Shown here: piece after piece, positions 46,179 to 56,805 of the stretch
How the letters are laid out: each line of letters opens with the position of its first letter
Numbering within the stretch: position 1 is the first letter of the stretch
Origin: Candidatus Latescibacterota bacterium
GTDB taxonomy: Bacteria > Latescibacterota > UBA2968
Length of the DNA stretch: 64,000 bases
Reading direction: 5' to 3'
NCBI GenBank assembly: GCA_965207885.1
Contig: OZ242311.1
Span: 2,592,001-2,656,000, forward strand
Notes under the pieces: model-generated
Seen by the model: the letters and a program-made list of their open reading frames with translations, nothing else
Databases searched by the model: none
Told to the model about the DNA's origin: nothing
Position numbers and translations under genes: made by a program

Positions 46179-47600
46179 TCAGTTCTGAGGATCGGGATGG
46201 CTCGCATAGGCCAGTTCGCGCAGTACATCGACCGCGAGGAGGACATCCTCTCTTCGACAGTCGAACTGCCCGACCTGGAAGCGAATGACGAACTGTCCTT
46301 CATGGATCGTCTGCGTCAGGTAGATTCGGCCGTCATCATTGACCGCGCGGAGCAGGCGTTCGGTGGCGTCATTTGCGTTCTCGCCGTCGGGGGCGTACTG
46401 GAACGTGAAGAGCGAAAGGTGGCAGTCCGTTATCAGGCGAAAGCCGTCCAGCGATGCGATCGCGGCGGCGGCCTCCTCAGCCCAGGCAATATGGTTCCGG
46501 ATGCGCTGTCGGAGGTCTTTGAGACCGTGGGCACGGAGCAGGAACCAGAGCTTTAAGGCTCGGAATCGACGCCCCAGGGGGATCGTCCACTCGCTGTAAT
46601 TGGTGATCTCGGTTTGGCCGAGGGTCTGGAGGTAATCCGGACGGATGCCGAGGGTGCGAACCTGTGGTTTCGGGTCCGCGAGAAACTGGATTGAGCAGTC
46701 GAACTGCGCACCGAGCCACTTGTGGGGGTTGAAGGCGATGCTGTCGGCTTCCTCGACGCCCTCCCACAACTCCCGTAGCTCAGGACAGATCATCGCGGAA
46801 CCGGCCCACGCGGCGTCGATGTGGACGTAGAGATCGTGCTCTCGTGCCACTTCGATGGTCTGGCGCACATGGTCGGTCGCACCAATTGATGTGCCTCCAA
46901 CACAGAGGACGACACCGGCCGGAAGGAAACCCGCGGCGCGATCGGCGTTGATTGCCCGACGGAGCGCCTCCGGGTCGAGCGCCCAGGAACCATCGGTCGG
47001 GACTTTGACCAGATTCCGTTGGCCGATACCGGCGATGCGAATCGCCTTGTCAACTGACGAGTGGGTCTCCGGTGATGCGTAGATCCGGAGTTGTTTCTCT
47101 CCCGCTATTCCGGAATCGATCCCGCGCCAGCCGAGTGTGTGCTCGCGCATCGTCAGTACGGCGCAGACATTTGCCGACGTTGCCGTATCCTGGATAACGC
47201 CCTGGAACCCTTCTGGTAGCCCGAGTGCCTGGCGCATCCAGTCAACCATTCGAGTCTCAATTTCCGTAGCTGCAGGTGAGGTCTGCCAGAGCATGCACTG
47301 GGCCGCCATGATCGCCGTCAAATTTTCGGCGATCATCGAAACCGGCGCAGCGTTGGCGCTGAAGTACGCAAAAAAACGCCGGTGTTGCCAGTGCGTCATG
47401 CCGTCGGGTACGATGCGCTCAAAGTCGGCGAAGATCGTCTCCATGCTTACCGGCTCTTCCGGTGGCGATAGAGGCAGCATCGCAGCGATCTCGCCCGGTG
47501 CGGTCTGCGCCCGAACGGGTCGGTCTTCGAGCGTGGTCAGGTATTCGGCACCCCACCGTGCAACTCGTTCAGCCCATTGATAGTAATCTTTTCGTTTCAA
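46179..47600 (-). CDS. group II PLP-dependent decarboxylase (aromatic amino acid decarboxylase-like)
   Basis: THWQH, HSSVDKA, HIDAAWAG, NPHKW, LGRRFRALKLW. Confidence 0.93.
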   Translation of the reverse strand: MKRKDYYQWAERVARWGAEYLTTLEDRPVRAQTAPGEIAAMLPLSPPEEPVSMETIFADFERIVPDGMTHWQHRRFFAYFSANAAPVSMIAENLTAIMAAQCMLWQTSPAATEIETRMVDWMRQALGLPEGFQGVIQDTATSANVCAVLTMREHTLGWRGIDSGIAGEKQLRIYASPETHSSVDKAIRIAGIGQRNLVKVPTDGSWALDPEALRRAINADRAAGFLPAGVVLCVGGTSIGATDHVRQTIEVAREHDLYVHIDAAWAGSAMICPELRELWEGVEEADSIAFNPHKWLGAQFDCSIQFLADPKPQVRTLGIRPDYLQTLGQTEITNYSEWTIPLGRRFRALKLWFLLRAHGLKDLRQRIRNHIAWAEEAAAAIASLDGFRLITDCHLSLFTFQYAPDGENANDATERLLRAVNDDGRIYLTQTIHEGQFVIRFQVGQFDCRREDVLLAVDVLRELAYASHPDPQN

Positions 47601-47634
47601 TGCATTACATCCAGGTTTTTAGAAATCCAGTTCT

Positions 47635-48612
47635 TCAAAGGTAATCGCTGACGTCCATTTCCGGGTACGCGTTTTTTATCAGTTCGACGGAGGTGGGCGT
47701 GTACATTGCGTCACCGGGTTTCGGCCAGCCGAAGAGACTGCGAACCCTCGATGTCGTTTTGCCCAAAAAGGGTTTCAAGCGCCGAATCACTTCAGCTTCC
47801 CTTTTTCCGGTCGATGTCCATGGCATGGTGTCTCTGCGTCCTATTGAAAAGAAGATGACGGCACGCTGTCTGTCCTTGTCTGCAAAAGGTTGTGCTGCGT
47901 GTGGCGTGTGTCCACTGTAGAAGAGAACGCTGCCAGCTTTCCCAGTGATTGAGACGGGTTCCTGCGCGTGAAGAATTTTGCGGATATCGGCAAAGCGGTA
48001 GGAGTGGGGCACCTTGCGGATGTCGCCAAAGCCCAGGCCGTCGTCTTCAATCACGCGCAAGATATCGCCCATTTTGTCGTGTACTCTTGGGACCAACCGA
48101 ACAGGCGCGCAATCTTCATCAATATCGTCCAGAAAGACCCAGGCCTGAATATGGCCATACCGCTGCCAATCCGGGTGAGGGGGAATAAAGGGTTTGGCCC
48201 AATCCAGGTGAAATTCGATTTCCGGCTTCGTTGGGGCCTTTCTATCTATTCTACCGTTTCGAATATAGACGTAACCATGGTGATAGTGTATATCAGGCGT
48301 ATCCAGAAGCTGTTCCATGGCGTCCAGGAAAGGGTCGTGTTCCAGGACCTGGTCTATGACCTCTACCCCTGTTGGAATGTCACAGAACTCCGATCTGGGG
48401 CCGCCCATCCCGAGACCTGCTCCGGGCAGGCGTAGCTCATTCTCAAGGTCGGGATTGGCTTTCAATTCGGCAATGAACTCGGAAAAAGACTTTCCATAAG
48501 CGTTTTGTTCCGTGGCCTCAAGCGTCTCTGACAATTGGCTGGCCGAGAACAGATCAGGGACTAAGAGGTAGCCTTCTTGTTGATAAGACTCATACTGTTG
48601 TGGTGTCAACAT
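47635..48612 (-). CDS. PhyH-family dioxygenase
   Basis: YQQEGYLLV, FHLD, GKAGSVLFY....PHAA. Confidence 0.85.
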   Translation of the reverse strand: MLTPQQYESYQQEGYLLVPDLFSASQLSETLEATEQNAYGKSFSEFIAELKANPDLENELRLPGAGLGMGGPRSEFCDIPTGVEVIDQVLEHDPFLDAMEQLLDTPDIHYHHGYVYIRNGRIDRKAPTKPEIEFHLDWAKPFIPPHPDWQRYGHIQAWVFLDDIDEDCAPVRLVPRVHDKMGDILRVIEDDGLGFGDIRKVPHSYRFADIRKILHAQEPVSITGKAGSVLFYSGHTPHAAQPFADKDRQRAVIFFSIGRRDTMPWTSTGKREAEVIRRLKPFLGKTTSRVRSLFGWPKPGDAMYTPTSVELIKNAYPEMDVSDYL

Positions 48613-48636
48613 TTTCGATCTCCTTTCATAAATCGC

Positions 48637-50205
48637 CTAAATTTCATCGTCATCCAGAGCGCGCTGTCCTTCAAAAGGTCCCCATTGAATACGCGCTCTG
48701 GTTTTTCTATCGCTCTTGTAAATCTCTGGATCATAATCCGGGTTTTCCTTGGGGAATCGCGCCTCGACCAGTTCGAGATAGCGCATCATCTCATCGTAGA
48801 GTTTCTGGTGTGTTTCCGGATTTTGCTTTGCAATATTGGTGACCTCGCCAATGTCGCCAGAAAGGTCGAACAACATTGGAATATCTGGTCGTTCGTAAAA
48901 ATGGATCACTTTGGACGAACCAGAAATAATGACCGAATGTGGCATAGAATTCCGATAATGAGGATAATGAAAATAGAGATAGCGATTTAGAAAGGCCTCG
49001 TCCGGTTCTTTTCCTGCCATGTAATCGGCGAGGCTGACACCGTCGATGTTCTGCAGTTTTTTCGAGCCGCCACCAGCCCAATCAACGAAGGTGGGTAAGA
49101 AGTCATAGTTGATCACATTGCCGGTAAAAGCTGAGCCAGATTTGACTCTCGGACCCTTGACAATCATAGGCACCCGGATGCCTCCATCCCACAACCACCA
49201 CTTTGTCGCGTGTAATGGTTGCTTGTAGTCAGGTATGATTTCGACTTCTTCGTGTCGGTAGCCGTTGTCACCCACTACGATGACATAGGTGTTATCCTCA
49301 ATCCCCAGTTCCCGGATCTTGTCGAGCACTGCGCCAATCCGACCATCCAGGTCCTCACCCATCCCCAACCAAATTGCGGGATCATCTCCCCGGTTGACTG
49401 TGTCGGGATGTTTATTGTTTTTTTTATACCAATCCTGCACCAGTGGGTGATTCATATACTTTTCACGCGTTTTATCCAGGCATTCATAACCCGCGTGCAT
49501 GGCATAATGAGATATTTGGAGGTAAAAGGGATTGCTTTTTTCTACCTGTTCTTCCATAAAGCCAATTGCCTTTTCAGTAATGCTGAACATCAATTTGGGA
49601 TCGGCCATATCTTTTGGCAGTCGCCTGGGCGTCCGCTCGCCCTTCTCCAGGCCGTACTTCAGGGTATTGCCGGGATTATTATCGGTAGCACCATCGTGTA
49701 ATACGTAGCCCGCCTTTGCTGGATCGCCTCTCATGTGCCATTTGCCAATGTGGGCGCTGGCATAACCCAGAGGTTTGAGAGCTTTGGGAATGGTGACTGC
49801 GTCTTCGTCGAGTTCTCGGTCAGACACGTTCGGAACCAGCGGGAAATGCCGATATTCCCTTTTCGTGTCGTAGTAGGGCTCTCTTGCCCCCAGATATACC
49901 GTGAAACCACTGTGTGGAGCAGACTGTCCCGTCTGTACGCACACACGAGCAGGTGCACACTGCGGCGCTCCATAGGCATTGCGAAACTTCATGCCCTCAT
50001 TTGCCAGCTTTTGAATATTGGGCATTTGCAAGACCGGCATGAGGGAATTCTCCATGGTGTCATCCATGGCAACCGGTGATCCGTTCCAGGCCCAGTCATC
50101 TATATAAAACATGACAATGTTGGGCCTCGTTTGTGCGCGTGGACTGCTTGAGGTGGGGGATCCGGAGATCATCGATAAGAAGGAGAGGTTCTTAAAAAAT
50201 TTCAT
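48637..50205 (-). CDS. sulfatase
   Basis: [22 protein letters not shown]. Confidence 0.92.
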   Translation of the reverse strand: MKFFKNLSFLSMISGSPTSSSPRAQTRPNIVMFYIDDWAWNGSPVAMDDTMENSLMPVLQMPNIQKLANEGMKFRNAYGAPQCAPARVCVQTGQSAPHSGFTVYLGAREPYYDTKREYRHFPLVPNVSDRELDEDAVTIPKALKPLGYASAHIGKWHMRGDPAKAGYVLHDGATDNNPGNTLKYGLEKGERTPRRLPKDMADPKLMFSITEKAIGFMEEQVEKSNPFYLQISHYAMHAGYECLDKTREKYMNHPLVQDWYKKNNKHPDTVNRGDDPAIWLGMGEDLDGRIGAVLDKIRELGIEDNTYVIVVGDNGYRHEEVEIIPDYKQPLHATKWWLWDGGIRVPMIVKGPRVKSGSAFTGNVINYDFLPTFVDWAGGGSKKLQNIDGVSLADYMAGKEPDEAFLNRYLYFHYPHYRNSMPHSVIISGSSKVIHFYERPDIPMLFDLSGDIGEVTNIAKQNPETHQKLYDEMMRYLELVEARFPKENPDYDPEIYKSDRKTRARIQWGPFEGQRALDDDEI

Positions 50206-50291
50206 GATTTCTCCTGTTGGACATCAGTTGTTGCTCCTCCAAACAATTTTTCTTTGGCATTATCACAATCCTCCAATCCTCAAAATAGACA

Positions 50292-51566
50292 TCAACTCGT
50301 TTTCAATTCATCGACATTATCCCGCAATTTTTGGAATGCTTCGAGAATGAGGTCCATGTTTTCGCGCGGTCCGAGAAGAATGCGGTGCGTCAGATCAAGG
50401 GCTTCGGTTTCGTGAATGCGCTCGGCTTCGGGACAATAGACTCTGGTGTAGTCGATGGGATCAGCCTGGTACAACGGGCAGCGGATTGGACAGCCTGTTT
50501 CGCCCCATTTGCCGCTGGCAAACATGCTAAATTGATAGAGGGGCTTTGTTGGGCCAATGCCACAGGGCACGCCTTCGGCCTGGAGCGCTTTGCGGAATCG
50601 TTCGCGGTGGATGCCTTCAAATTCTTCGGAGATAAATTTGAAGTGCCAGCGATAGGGGTTCCAGCGGGTGACGCGCTCGTCAATGTCGAGGCCAGTGAGG
50701 CCGGGAATAGATTCCATTCCTTTGTGGAGGTACTTGAGATTTTCCCACCGAATTTCCGCCTGTTCTTCGAGGCGGGTGAGTGCGATCAGGCCGATGGCCG
50801 CTTCAAATTCGCCCAGTCTTAAGGTTGTGGCAGGCCAGGTGAAGTTCATACTTTCTTCGCCTCTGTCTCGGCCTGCGTGATGATACCGAAAGGCTTTTTC
50901 GTACAGGCTTTCGTCTTTGGTCATCACCACGCCGCCTTCGCCTATGGCGAGCACTTTGCCGGGCATGCAGGAGAAACCAGCAATGTCTGCGTGAGATCCC
51001 ACGCCTTTGCCTCTCCATTGCCCGCCGTGCGCATGAGAACAGTCGCTGACCAGGCCGATGTTGTGTTTGCGGCAGATGTCACTTAAAGCATCTGTATCGC
51101 AGGGCATGCCGCCCATATCTACGGCAACCACTGCCCGGGTGCGCGGCGTGATGAGGGCTTCTACGCTTTTGGGATCGATGGTGTAGTTGCGCGGGTCGAT
51201 GTCGGCAAAGATGGGAATGCCATTGCAAATCATGACGCAAGACGCAGACGCAATATAAGTTGATGCAGGGACAATGACTTCACAGCCAGCTTCGACGCCG
51301 AGGGCGCGCAAGCAGGTTTCGAGTGCTGTGGTGCCCGTGGAGACAGCAAGGGCGTATTTGCTGTCGTGAAATTCTGCAAAGGCCCGTTCGAATGCGTAGA
51401 GTTTGCTGTCGCCATGGTTGTAATAGTCAAAGCCACTGCGCCCCCATTTGTGACTGCGAAGGACGCCGACAACGGCTTTTTCTTCGCGTTCATCGTGAAC
51501 TGGCCAGGGTTGGCGCAGGTCTCTATTAACCGTTTTTGAACCACCGTTGATTGCGAGTTCAGGCAT
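50292..51566 (-). CDS. DegT/DnrJ/EryC1/StrS aminotransferase
   Basis: MPELAINGG, TGTTAL, DCSHAHG, K.LAIGEGG. Confidence 0.92.
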   Translation of the reverse strand: MPELAINGGSKTVNRDLRQPWPVHDEREEKAVVGVLRSHKWGRSGFDYYNHGDSKLYAFERAFAEFHDSKYALAVSTGTTALETCLRALGVEAGCEVIVPASTYIASASCVMICNGIPIFADIDPRNYTIDPKSVEALITPRTRAVVAVDMGGMPCDTDALSDICRKHNIGLVSDCSHAHGGQWRGKGVGSHADIAGFSCMPGKVLAIGEGGVVMTKDESLYEKAFRYHHAGRDRGEESMNFTWPATTLRLGEFEAAIGLIALTRLEEQAEIRWENLKYLHKGMESIPGLTGLDIDERVTRWNPYRWHFKFISEEFEGIHRERFRKALQAEGVPCGIGPTKPLYQFSMFASGKWGETGCPIRCPLYQADPIDYTRVYCPEAERIHETEALDLTHRILLGPRENMDLILEAFQKLRDNVDELKTS

Positions 51567-52803
51567 TGGAGCGCTCCCTGTGGGATGAATTATCGTGCAG
51601 TTTTGTGAGTAAGGTTTGTGTTTCGTCAATCCAGCGTTCACCTGTGCCGGGAACAACGCAGGCGCGGTTGTATTCGAGTGGGTCGCTTGGGTAGGGGATA
51701 ACGCCGTAGCCACCGAAATTATACGCGCGGCGATTTGGCACATAGCCACATGAATCCTGGGAATAGCCCATGATAATCGTGCGCGCAAAGGGGGATGACG
51801 ATTGGGTGGATAGAGATAGCTCGATGAAGGGTTCACCCTGCCAGAAGACGAGTGCCAGGTCGTCGCTTATGCGGATGGCGGGGATTTCGATTCGGATGTT
51901 TTTTTCGTTTGTGTATCGGTTGGGAAGCGTATCTTGCCAGCGCTCTACTTTAAGTGAAAGATTTTTTTCTGGCGTTGCTTGTGTCCAGGCAACGATGGCT
52001 TCTCTGGCGAGCGCTTTGCCCATTTCTTCGACTGTATCATAATTGTCTCTGGGTTCCTGAATCGGAAGTATGTTGCCACAGGCCCCTTGTAGAAATATTG
52101 AGAAGGGTACAGATGTGCCCGCTTCAAGGTGGTGACAGGTAGCGCCAGGATATTCGGCGGTGAAGAGGCGATTGGCGGTCATCATGATGACGGGATGAGC
52201 GGCAAAGTGGATTGCGGTCGCGATGGGTTGGCCTTGGGGTGTGTCGAATCGCAGGACAGTGACTGCAGGGTCAACAGGGCCGTTGGGCAGTTTTTCAGGG
52301 TTGAGGTTAAACGATTTAAAGCTTCCATTGGGCAATATCTGGCGTCTGTTGTAGGCGAGGTCGGTGTTGACAGCGCCCGTTGAGAGTGTGGCGGGTTTGA
52401 GATTGGCTATAGATTCGACAGCAGCCTCGACAACCTGCTTTCTTATGTGAACAATCGCATCATCTTCGGGGCTTCCGCCAAAGTAATAGATGCATTCTGG
52501 GCCACTGTGATTGTGGGTGCTACACAGGATCAGGTTTTCGGGCGGAAGATCGGATTGTGCGGCAAAAGCATTGCGCATGGCATCGACGTCGATCCACTGA
52601 AAGCTCAGGAGATCTGCCGAGCAAATGACGATAGTGGTCGTATCGTCAGATAGTGCCAGCGCTTTGACGTATAATGGGTCATGGATGCCTTCTGCAATGC
52701 GAGGTTGCATGGGCGAGCGGTTTACAGGGAAAGCACCCATGGCCGATCCCGTAGATGGTGTGATGTCTCGTTGTGCTGTACCAATTTTTATTATATCTGC
52801 CAA
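51559..52803 (-). CDS. neutral/alkaline ceramidase-like amidohydrolase
   Basis: DITP, HDPLY, THNHSGP, AAHP, QGACGN, GEPF. Confidence 0.82.
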   Translation of the reverse strand: MADIIKIGTAQRDITPSTGSAMGAFPVNRSPMQPRIAEGIHDPLYVKALALSDDTTTIVICSADLLSFQWIDVDAMRNAFAAQSDLPPENLILCSTHNHSGPECIYYFGGSPEDDAIVHIRKQVVEAAVESIANLKPATLSTGAVNTDLAYNRRQILPNGSFKSFNLNPEKLPNGPVDPAVTVLRFDTPQGQPIATAIHFAAHPVIMMTANRLFTAEYPGATCHHLEAGTSVPFSIFLQGACGNILPIQEPRDNYDTVEEMGKALAREAIVAWTQATPEKNLSLKVERWQDTLPNRYTNEKNIRIEIPAIRISDDLALVFWQGEPFIELSLSTQSSSPFARTIIMGYSQDSCGYVPNRRAYNFGGYGVIPYPSDPLEYNRACVVPGTGERWIDETQTLLTKLHDNSSHRERSNA

Positions 52804-52884
52804 GGCTCAGATATCCTATTTTGAATGTTCAGGAAATCCATACCGTTTTGTATTCGAACCATCTTTCTCCTATTGAAACGCTAC

Positions 52885-54294
52885 TTAAAGCGTCATCGCA
52901 TTCCACGGTTGTGTCGGATAATCCACCCACTGTTTTGATCCGCGCTCAAACGCCCGCCGATACTCGGCGATTGCGCCTGCTTGTAGTTCTGAAATTCGCG
53001 GTGAATGTGCCGGATCATTTGCCAAATTTACAAACTCATACGGATCTTCAGCAATGTGATACAGCTCTGGTCCATAAGATCCATGAATATATTTCCACTC
53101 TTGCGTGCGAATGCTCAGGCTCAAATCTCGCGGATACTGTAACTCTGTAATCGCCACCTCGCGTTCACGTTCACGACCATCAACCAGCGATTTCAAACTC
53201 ATGCCGGGTAAGTGCACGGGAATATCCATCCCCGCAAAATCGAATGCTGTAGGTAGTACATCCAACAGATTTACAAGTGAATCGCTCACCAAACCCGTTT
53301 GAAATCCCTTTGGCGGTTTTACAATGAATGGAATGCGAATGGCCTGTTCGTAGAGATTGTATTTCGAAAATGCGGTTACCCCTCGCGATCCCAATAGTTC
53401 GCCGTGGTCAGAGAGAAAAATGATCAGCGTGTCATCGTACAATCCATTGCGATCCAAAGCGTTTATCACTTGCTGATGACTCTGGTCGCAGGCCGTGACA
53501 AAAGCCATGTAATTTGCAATCGCATCTCGTAGTTCTTCTCGCTCTAATCCGACAAAATTGGGATAAGCATCTCTATCGGGTAAATTATCCGGTGGTTCTG
53601 GTGGTAACGCAACGTCGGCAGGGTCATATAAGTCTGCCAAATTAGCTGGCGTTACGTGAGGTGCATGAGGCCCTGACAAACTGCAAATCATGAAAAACGG
53701 ATTGTCCTTGTTTTCTTCCACAAAGGCAGCAGCCTGTCCGCCAACCCACCAGTCGCGCGTTTGCTCTAATCTCAAGCTGGTCGTAAATCCCTTAAATGCC
53801 GCCGCACAATTGTCTCCACCCCGACCAATTCCACGCGCTTCCCGCTCGTCCGTCCCCGTCTCCGCCCAATCCCGATGTTCCGCCACAAAGTGGCTATCCA
53901 TACGCTCGCCCGTCTCGTGAAATGGTCCTGCCCGATGATCAAATCCGTAATAGTTGTCGCGTTCAATAGCCGCCTGATACGGTATTGTATGCATCTTGCC
54001 AAAGGCACCCGTTACAAAACCCGCCTGTCCAAACGCCTTTCCCATTGTCCACTCGGGGATTTGTGCGGGATTCAGTAAATGCCGGTTGGAATAAATTCCC
54101 GACTGAAATGCATATCGCCCGTGCAACATCGAATGGCGACTCGGCAAACACGGCGATACAGCACACGTTGCCTGCGTAAACCGAATGCCCTCCCGGGCCA
54201 AACGATCATACGCTGGTGTCTGTAACCCCGGATAATCCGCACACCCGAGGAAGGAATGCGCGTGTTGATCGTTCATTAAAATCACAACATTCAT
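52885..54294 (-). CDS. sulfatase (choline-sulfatase-like)
   Basis: NDQH, CLPSR, GKMH, PHAP, SDHGE. Confidence 0.92.
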   Translation of the reverse strand: MNVVILMNDQHAHSFLGCADYPGLQTPAYDRLAREGIRFTQATCAVSPCLPSRHSMLHGRYAFQSGIYSNRHLLNPAQIPEWTMGKAFGQAGFVTGAFGKMHTIPYQAAIERDNYYGFDHRAGPFHETGERMDSHFVAEHRDWAETGTDEREARGIGRGGDNCAAAFKGFTTSLRLEQTRDWWVGGQAAAFVEENKDNPFFMICSLSGPHAPHVTPANLADLYDPADVALPPEPPDNLPDRDAYPNFVGLEREELRDAIANYMAFVTACDQSHQQVINALDRNGLYDDTLIIFLSDHGELLGSRGVTAFSKYNLYEQAIRIPFIVKPPKGFQTGLVSDSLVNLLDVLPTAFDFAGMDIPVHLPGMSLKSLVDGREREREVAITELQYPRDLSLSIRTQEWKYIHGSYGPELYHIAEDPYEFVNLANDPAHSPRISELQAGAIAEYRRAFERGSKQWVDYPTQPWNAMTL

Positions 54295-54319
54295 AACTAT
54301 CTTCCTGAAAATTGAGTAA

Positions 54320-55789
54320 TCAGTAAATATATCGCACCCGCCTGAACTCACCGAGCATCGGGTCCTTCACGCGTTCCATGTGATCTTGCATACATTGCAT
54401 CAGCGATTCCTGCAATGCCTTGTGTGTTTCGATACCGAAGAGGTTGTGCAATTCGTGCGGATCGTTTTCGAGGTCATAGAGCTCTCCGATATCCGATTGA
54501 TTAAACACGAACTTGTGTGTCCTGGTGCGCACCATACGAGACTTGTGCTCCTGAATCTGACCGTTGAACTGACAGTACACGCTGTCACGCCCCGTCGGTT
54601 CATCCTCTCCCTTCAATAGTGGAAGAATGCTCTGTGTGTCGGGTACAATATCGGGTTGCAGACCTGCAACTTCCAAAAAACTCGGAAACAGATCCTGCAG
54701 ATAGACAAATTCGTCGTTCTCTCGGCCCGGCTGATGGCATTCGGGATGCGCTGCAATCAGAGGCAGGCGAAAACTCTCTTCATCAAAATAAGGCCCTTTT
54801 TCAAATAGCTTGTGCGCTCCCATATTGTCGCCGTGGTCGGTGGAAAATACAACAAGCGTGTTTTCCGCCAGGCCGAGCGTTTCCAACTCAGAAAGCATAC
54901 GCCCCACCAGATCATCGATCATAGTCATATATCCCCAGTAGCGCGCCGTAATCTCCGCCCATTCGTCCCAGTTGTTGGGGTCAATCCCCCAATAACGAGA
55001 TACCAGAGTCTGAACATAGGGACGATTCTCCAGCGTATCGCAGAAACTCGGGTCCTCCGGAATTGACTTCGGGTCGTACATGGAGTAATACGGTTCCGGC
55101 ACGATACACGGACTGTGCGGGCCCCAGAAATTGGTCCAGATAAAAAAGGGATCTTCTTCCTGCGCATACGCCTGCATAAGCTCAACCGTTTCCGAGGCAA
55201 CCATGGCTTCGAAATTGTGCTCAATAGTTCCAGCATGGAGGCCGTGCAATTCCCGATTTCGCTGCCCTGGATTTCCCTGAGCATAGAACGCTTCTATAAG
55301 CTCTGGCGGTTCCAGGTTCTTCTCGTTCAAATAGTCCAGGTAATTCCTCGCAATCTGAGAATCTTTCTGCGCACCGCTCTTGATACCTGGCATATTGATA
55401 TTGGATGCGGGATAGCCATATTTGGGGAAATCTCGTTTACAGCGAAATCCCCAATCACTTGGGTTCTTTTGGTGATCCACATGCCACTTTCCCGCATACC
55501 CCAGGTTGTATCCTGCCCGGGGTAGCTCTGTCGCGAAATTGGGAAGCGACTGATCCAACTGGCCACCGTTGGTTTCAACCCCGGTAATGTGACCGTATCG
55601 ACCTGTAAATAGCGCGGCCCGACCGGGCGCACACGGGATGATGAGAGGAAAAGCATTGTTGAAACGCACACCCCGGTTTGCCAGATTGTCAATATGTGGT
55701 GTTTTGCACTGGGAGGCACCATAACAACCCAGCAGATCCCAGCGCTGTTGATCCGTTAGAATGAGCAGAATATTCGGTTTCTCTTGCAT
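54320..55789 (-). CDS. sulfatase
   Basis: TDQQR, CAPGR, GKWH, TDHGD. Confidence 0.92.
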   Translation of the reverse strand: MQEKPNILLILTDQQRWDLLGCYGASQCKTPHIDNLANRGVRFNNAFPLIIPCAPGRAALFTGRYGHITGVETNGGQLDQSLPNFATELPRAGYNLGYAGKWHVDHQKNPSDWGFRCKRDFPKYGYPASNINMPGIKSGAQKDSQIARNYLDYLNEKNLEPPELIEAFYAQGNPGQRNRELHGLHAGTIEHNFEAMVASETVELMQAYAQEEDPFFIWTNFWGPHSPCIVPEPYYSMYDPKSIPEDPSFCDTLENRPYVQTLVSRYWGIDPNNWDEWAEITARYWGYMTMIDDLVGRMLSELETLGLAENTLVVFSTDHGDNMGAHKLFEKGPYFDEESFRLPLIAAHPECHQPGRENDEFVYLQDLFPSFLEVAGLQPDIVPDTQSILPLLKGEDEPTGRDSVYCQFNGQIQEHKSRMVRTRTHKFVFNQSDIGELYDLENDPHELHNLFGIETHKALQESLMQCMQDHMERVKDPMLGEFRRVRYIY

Positions 55790-55799
55790 ACTTGTGTCC

Positions 55800-56591
55800 T
55801 CACATTTGAGATTCCCTGTTGAGGCCCATCACCTCGCGAACACCAGAAAATTCACGCCAGATATCAGTGAAGCAGTCGTTCCCATTTTCCTCGCAATCAA
55901 CATGGCGCATACGAGAAATAGTGGCATAACGAATGTTAGGCGACACGTTTGGGGCGGCAGTATGGTACACGAGAAAATGAGCAAGGATGAAATCCCCTGC
56001 TTCACCGGTAATCATTTCTGGTGATTCCGGCTGAGGTATGCGCGGCTGTCCCTTGGATAGAACCTCTATACCCTCTTTGTTAAGGAAGTCTTGATAGACA
56101 TGGTGAGACCCGGACCAAACGGTGAAATTGCCACTATAAGGTTCGGGCACATCGGCGAGATAGATGACACCAAAGCAGGTGAAGCTCCGTTTATAGGTTC
56201 CTTTGGGTTTGCCATTTCTCCCGTTGCCCATATTGTCGATATGACCCATCGGTTCGGATGGGTCTGCGTCAATATGCTTGGGAAACCGTGGCGCAGGACT
56301 TATGCGTTCAAGGGGTGTCTTGAGGTTTCCTTCGCCAAGCAGAGATTCTGCTAGAGAAACAATGGGACTGTTATGATACAAATCCGAAAGAACCGAACTG
56401 CCCCTCAGGTCCCCACCAAACCCACCGCCACCTCGATTGTTTGCCAGGTCTTCTTTACTTGGACCGGTTGAGCCGATAGAATGGTTCATCGCCTGACGCG
56501 CTCTGTCCACCATTGCTCTTGAAACTGCACCGGGGATTTTAATATAACCACGGTGATAAAATTCACGAATTTGTTCATTGGTAAGTTTCAT
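55800..56591 (-). CDS. PhyH-family dioxygenase
   Basis: GHID, GNFTVWSGSH, GEAGD, YHTAAPN; GGAGG RBS. Confidence 0.88.
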   Translation of the reverse strand: MKLTNEQIREFYHRGYIKIPGAVSRAMVDRARQAMNHSIGSTGPSKEDLANNRGGGGFGGDLRGSSVLSDLYHNSPIVSLAESLLGEGNLKTPLERISPAPRFPKHIDADPSEPMGHIDNMGNGRNGKPKGTYKRSFTCFGVIYLADVPEPYSGNFTVWSGSHHVYQDFLNKEGIEVLSKGQPRIPQPESPEMITGEAGDFILAHFLVYHTAAPNVSPNIRYATISRMRHVDCEENGNDCFTDIWREFSGVREVMGLNRESQM

Positions 56592-56805
56592 GGATTTATT
56601 CCTCCAGATGATATTCCTTAGGATGGACCGTCGGGAGATTCTTACCGACTTCGTCACGAAAACCTTCTTTCGGTCATTCGGGTGGATCGGAAAGAGCATT
56701 GAAGCCCATGTAATCCTGTCCGCGGACAAGGATCACATTTCTCTACTCGAACGGCCATGTGTTCTCCCTCCTCGTTACTTTTCTAAAATCAGGAATCAGA
56801 TTTCC

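Noticed and set aside
46179-52803. Biosynthetic gene cluster (decarboxylase, dioxygenase, aminotransferase, amidohydrolase)
   Set aside because: No scaffold-forming enzyme, mixed base composition and remnant-filled spacers argue for independent acquisitions
5733-56729. N-terminal extensions in the ORF track (for example to 5874, 21289, 25302, 33559, 36252, 46303, 51836, 56729)
   Set aside because: They run through attC relics, remnants or upstream genes; downstream starts fit RBS position and family N-termini better
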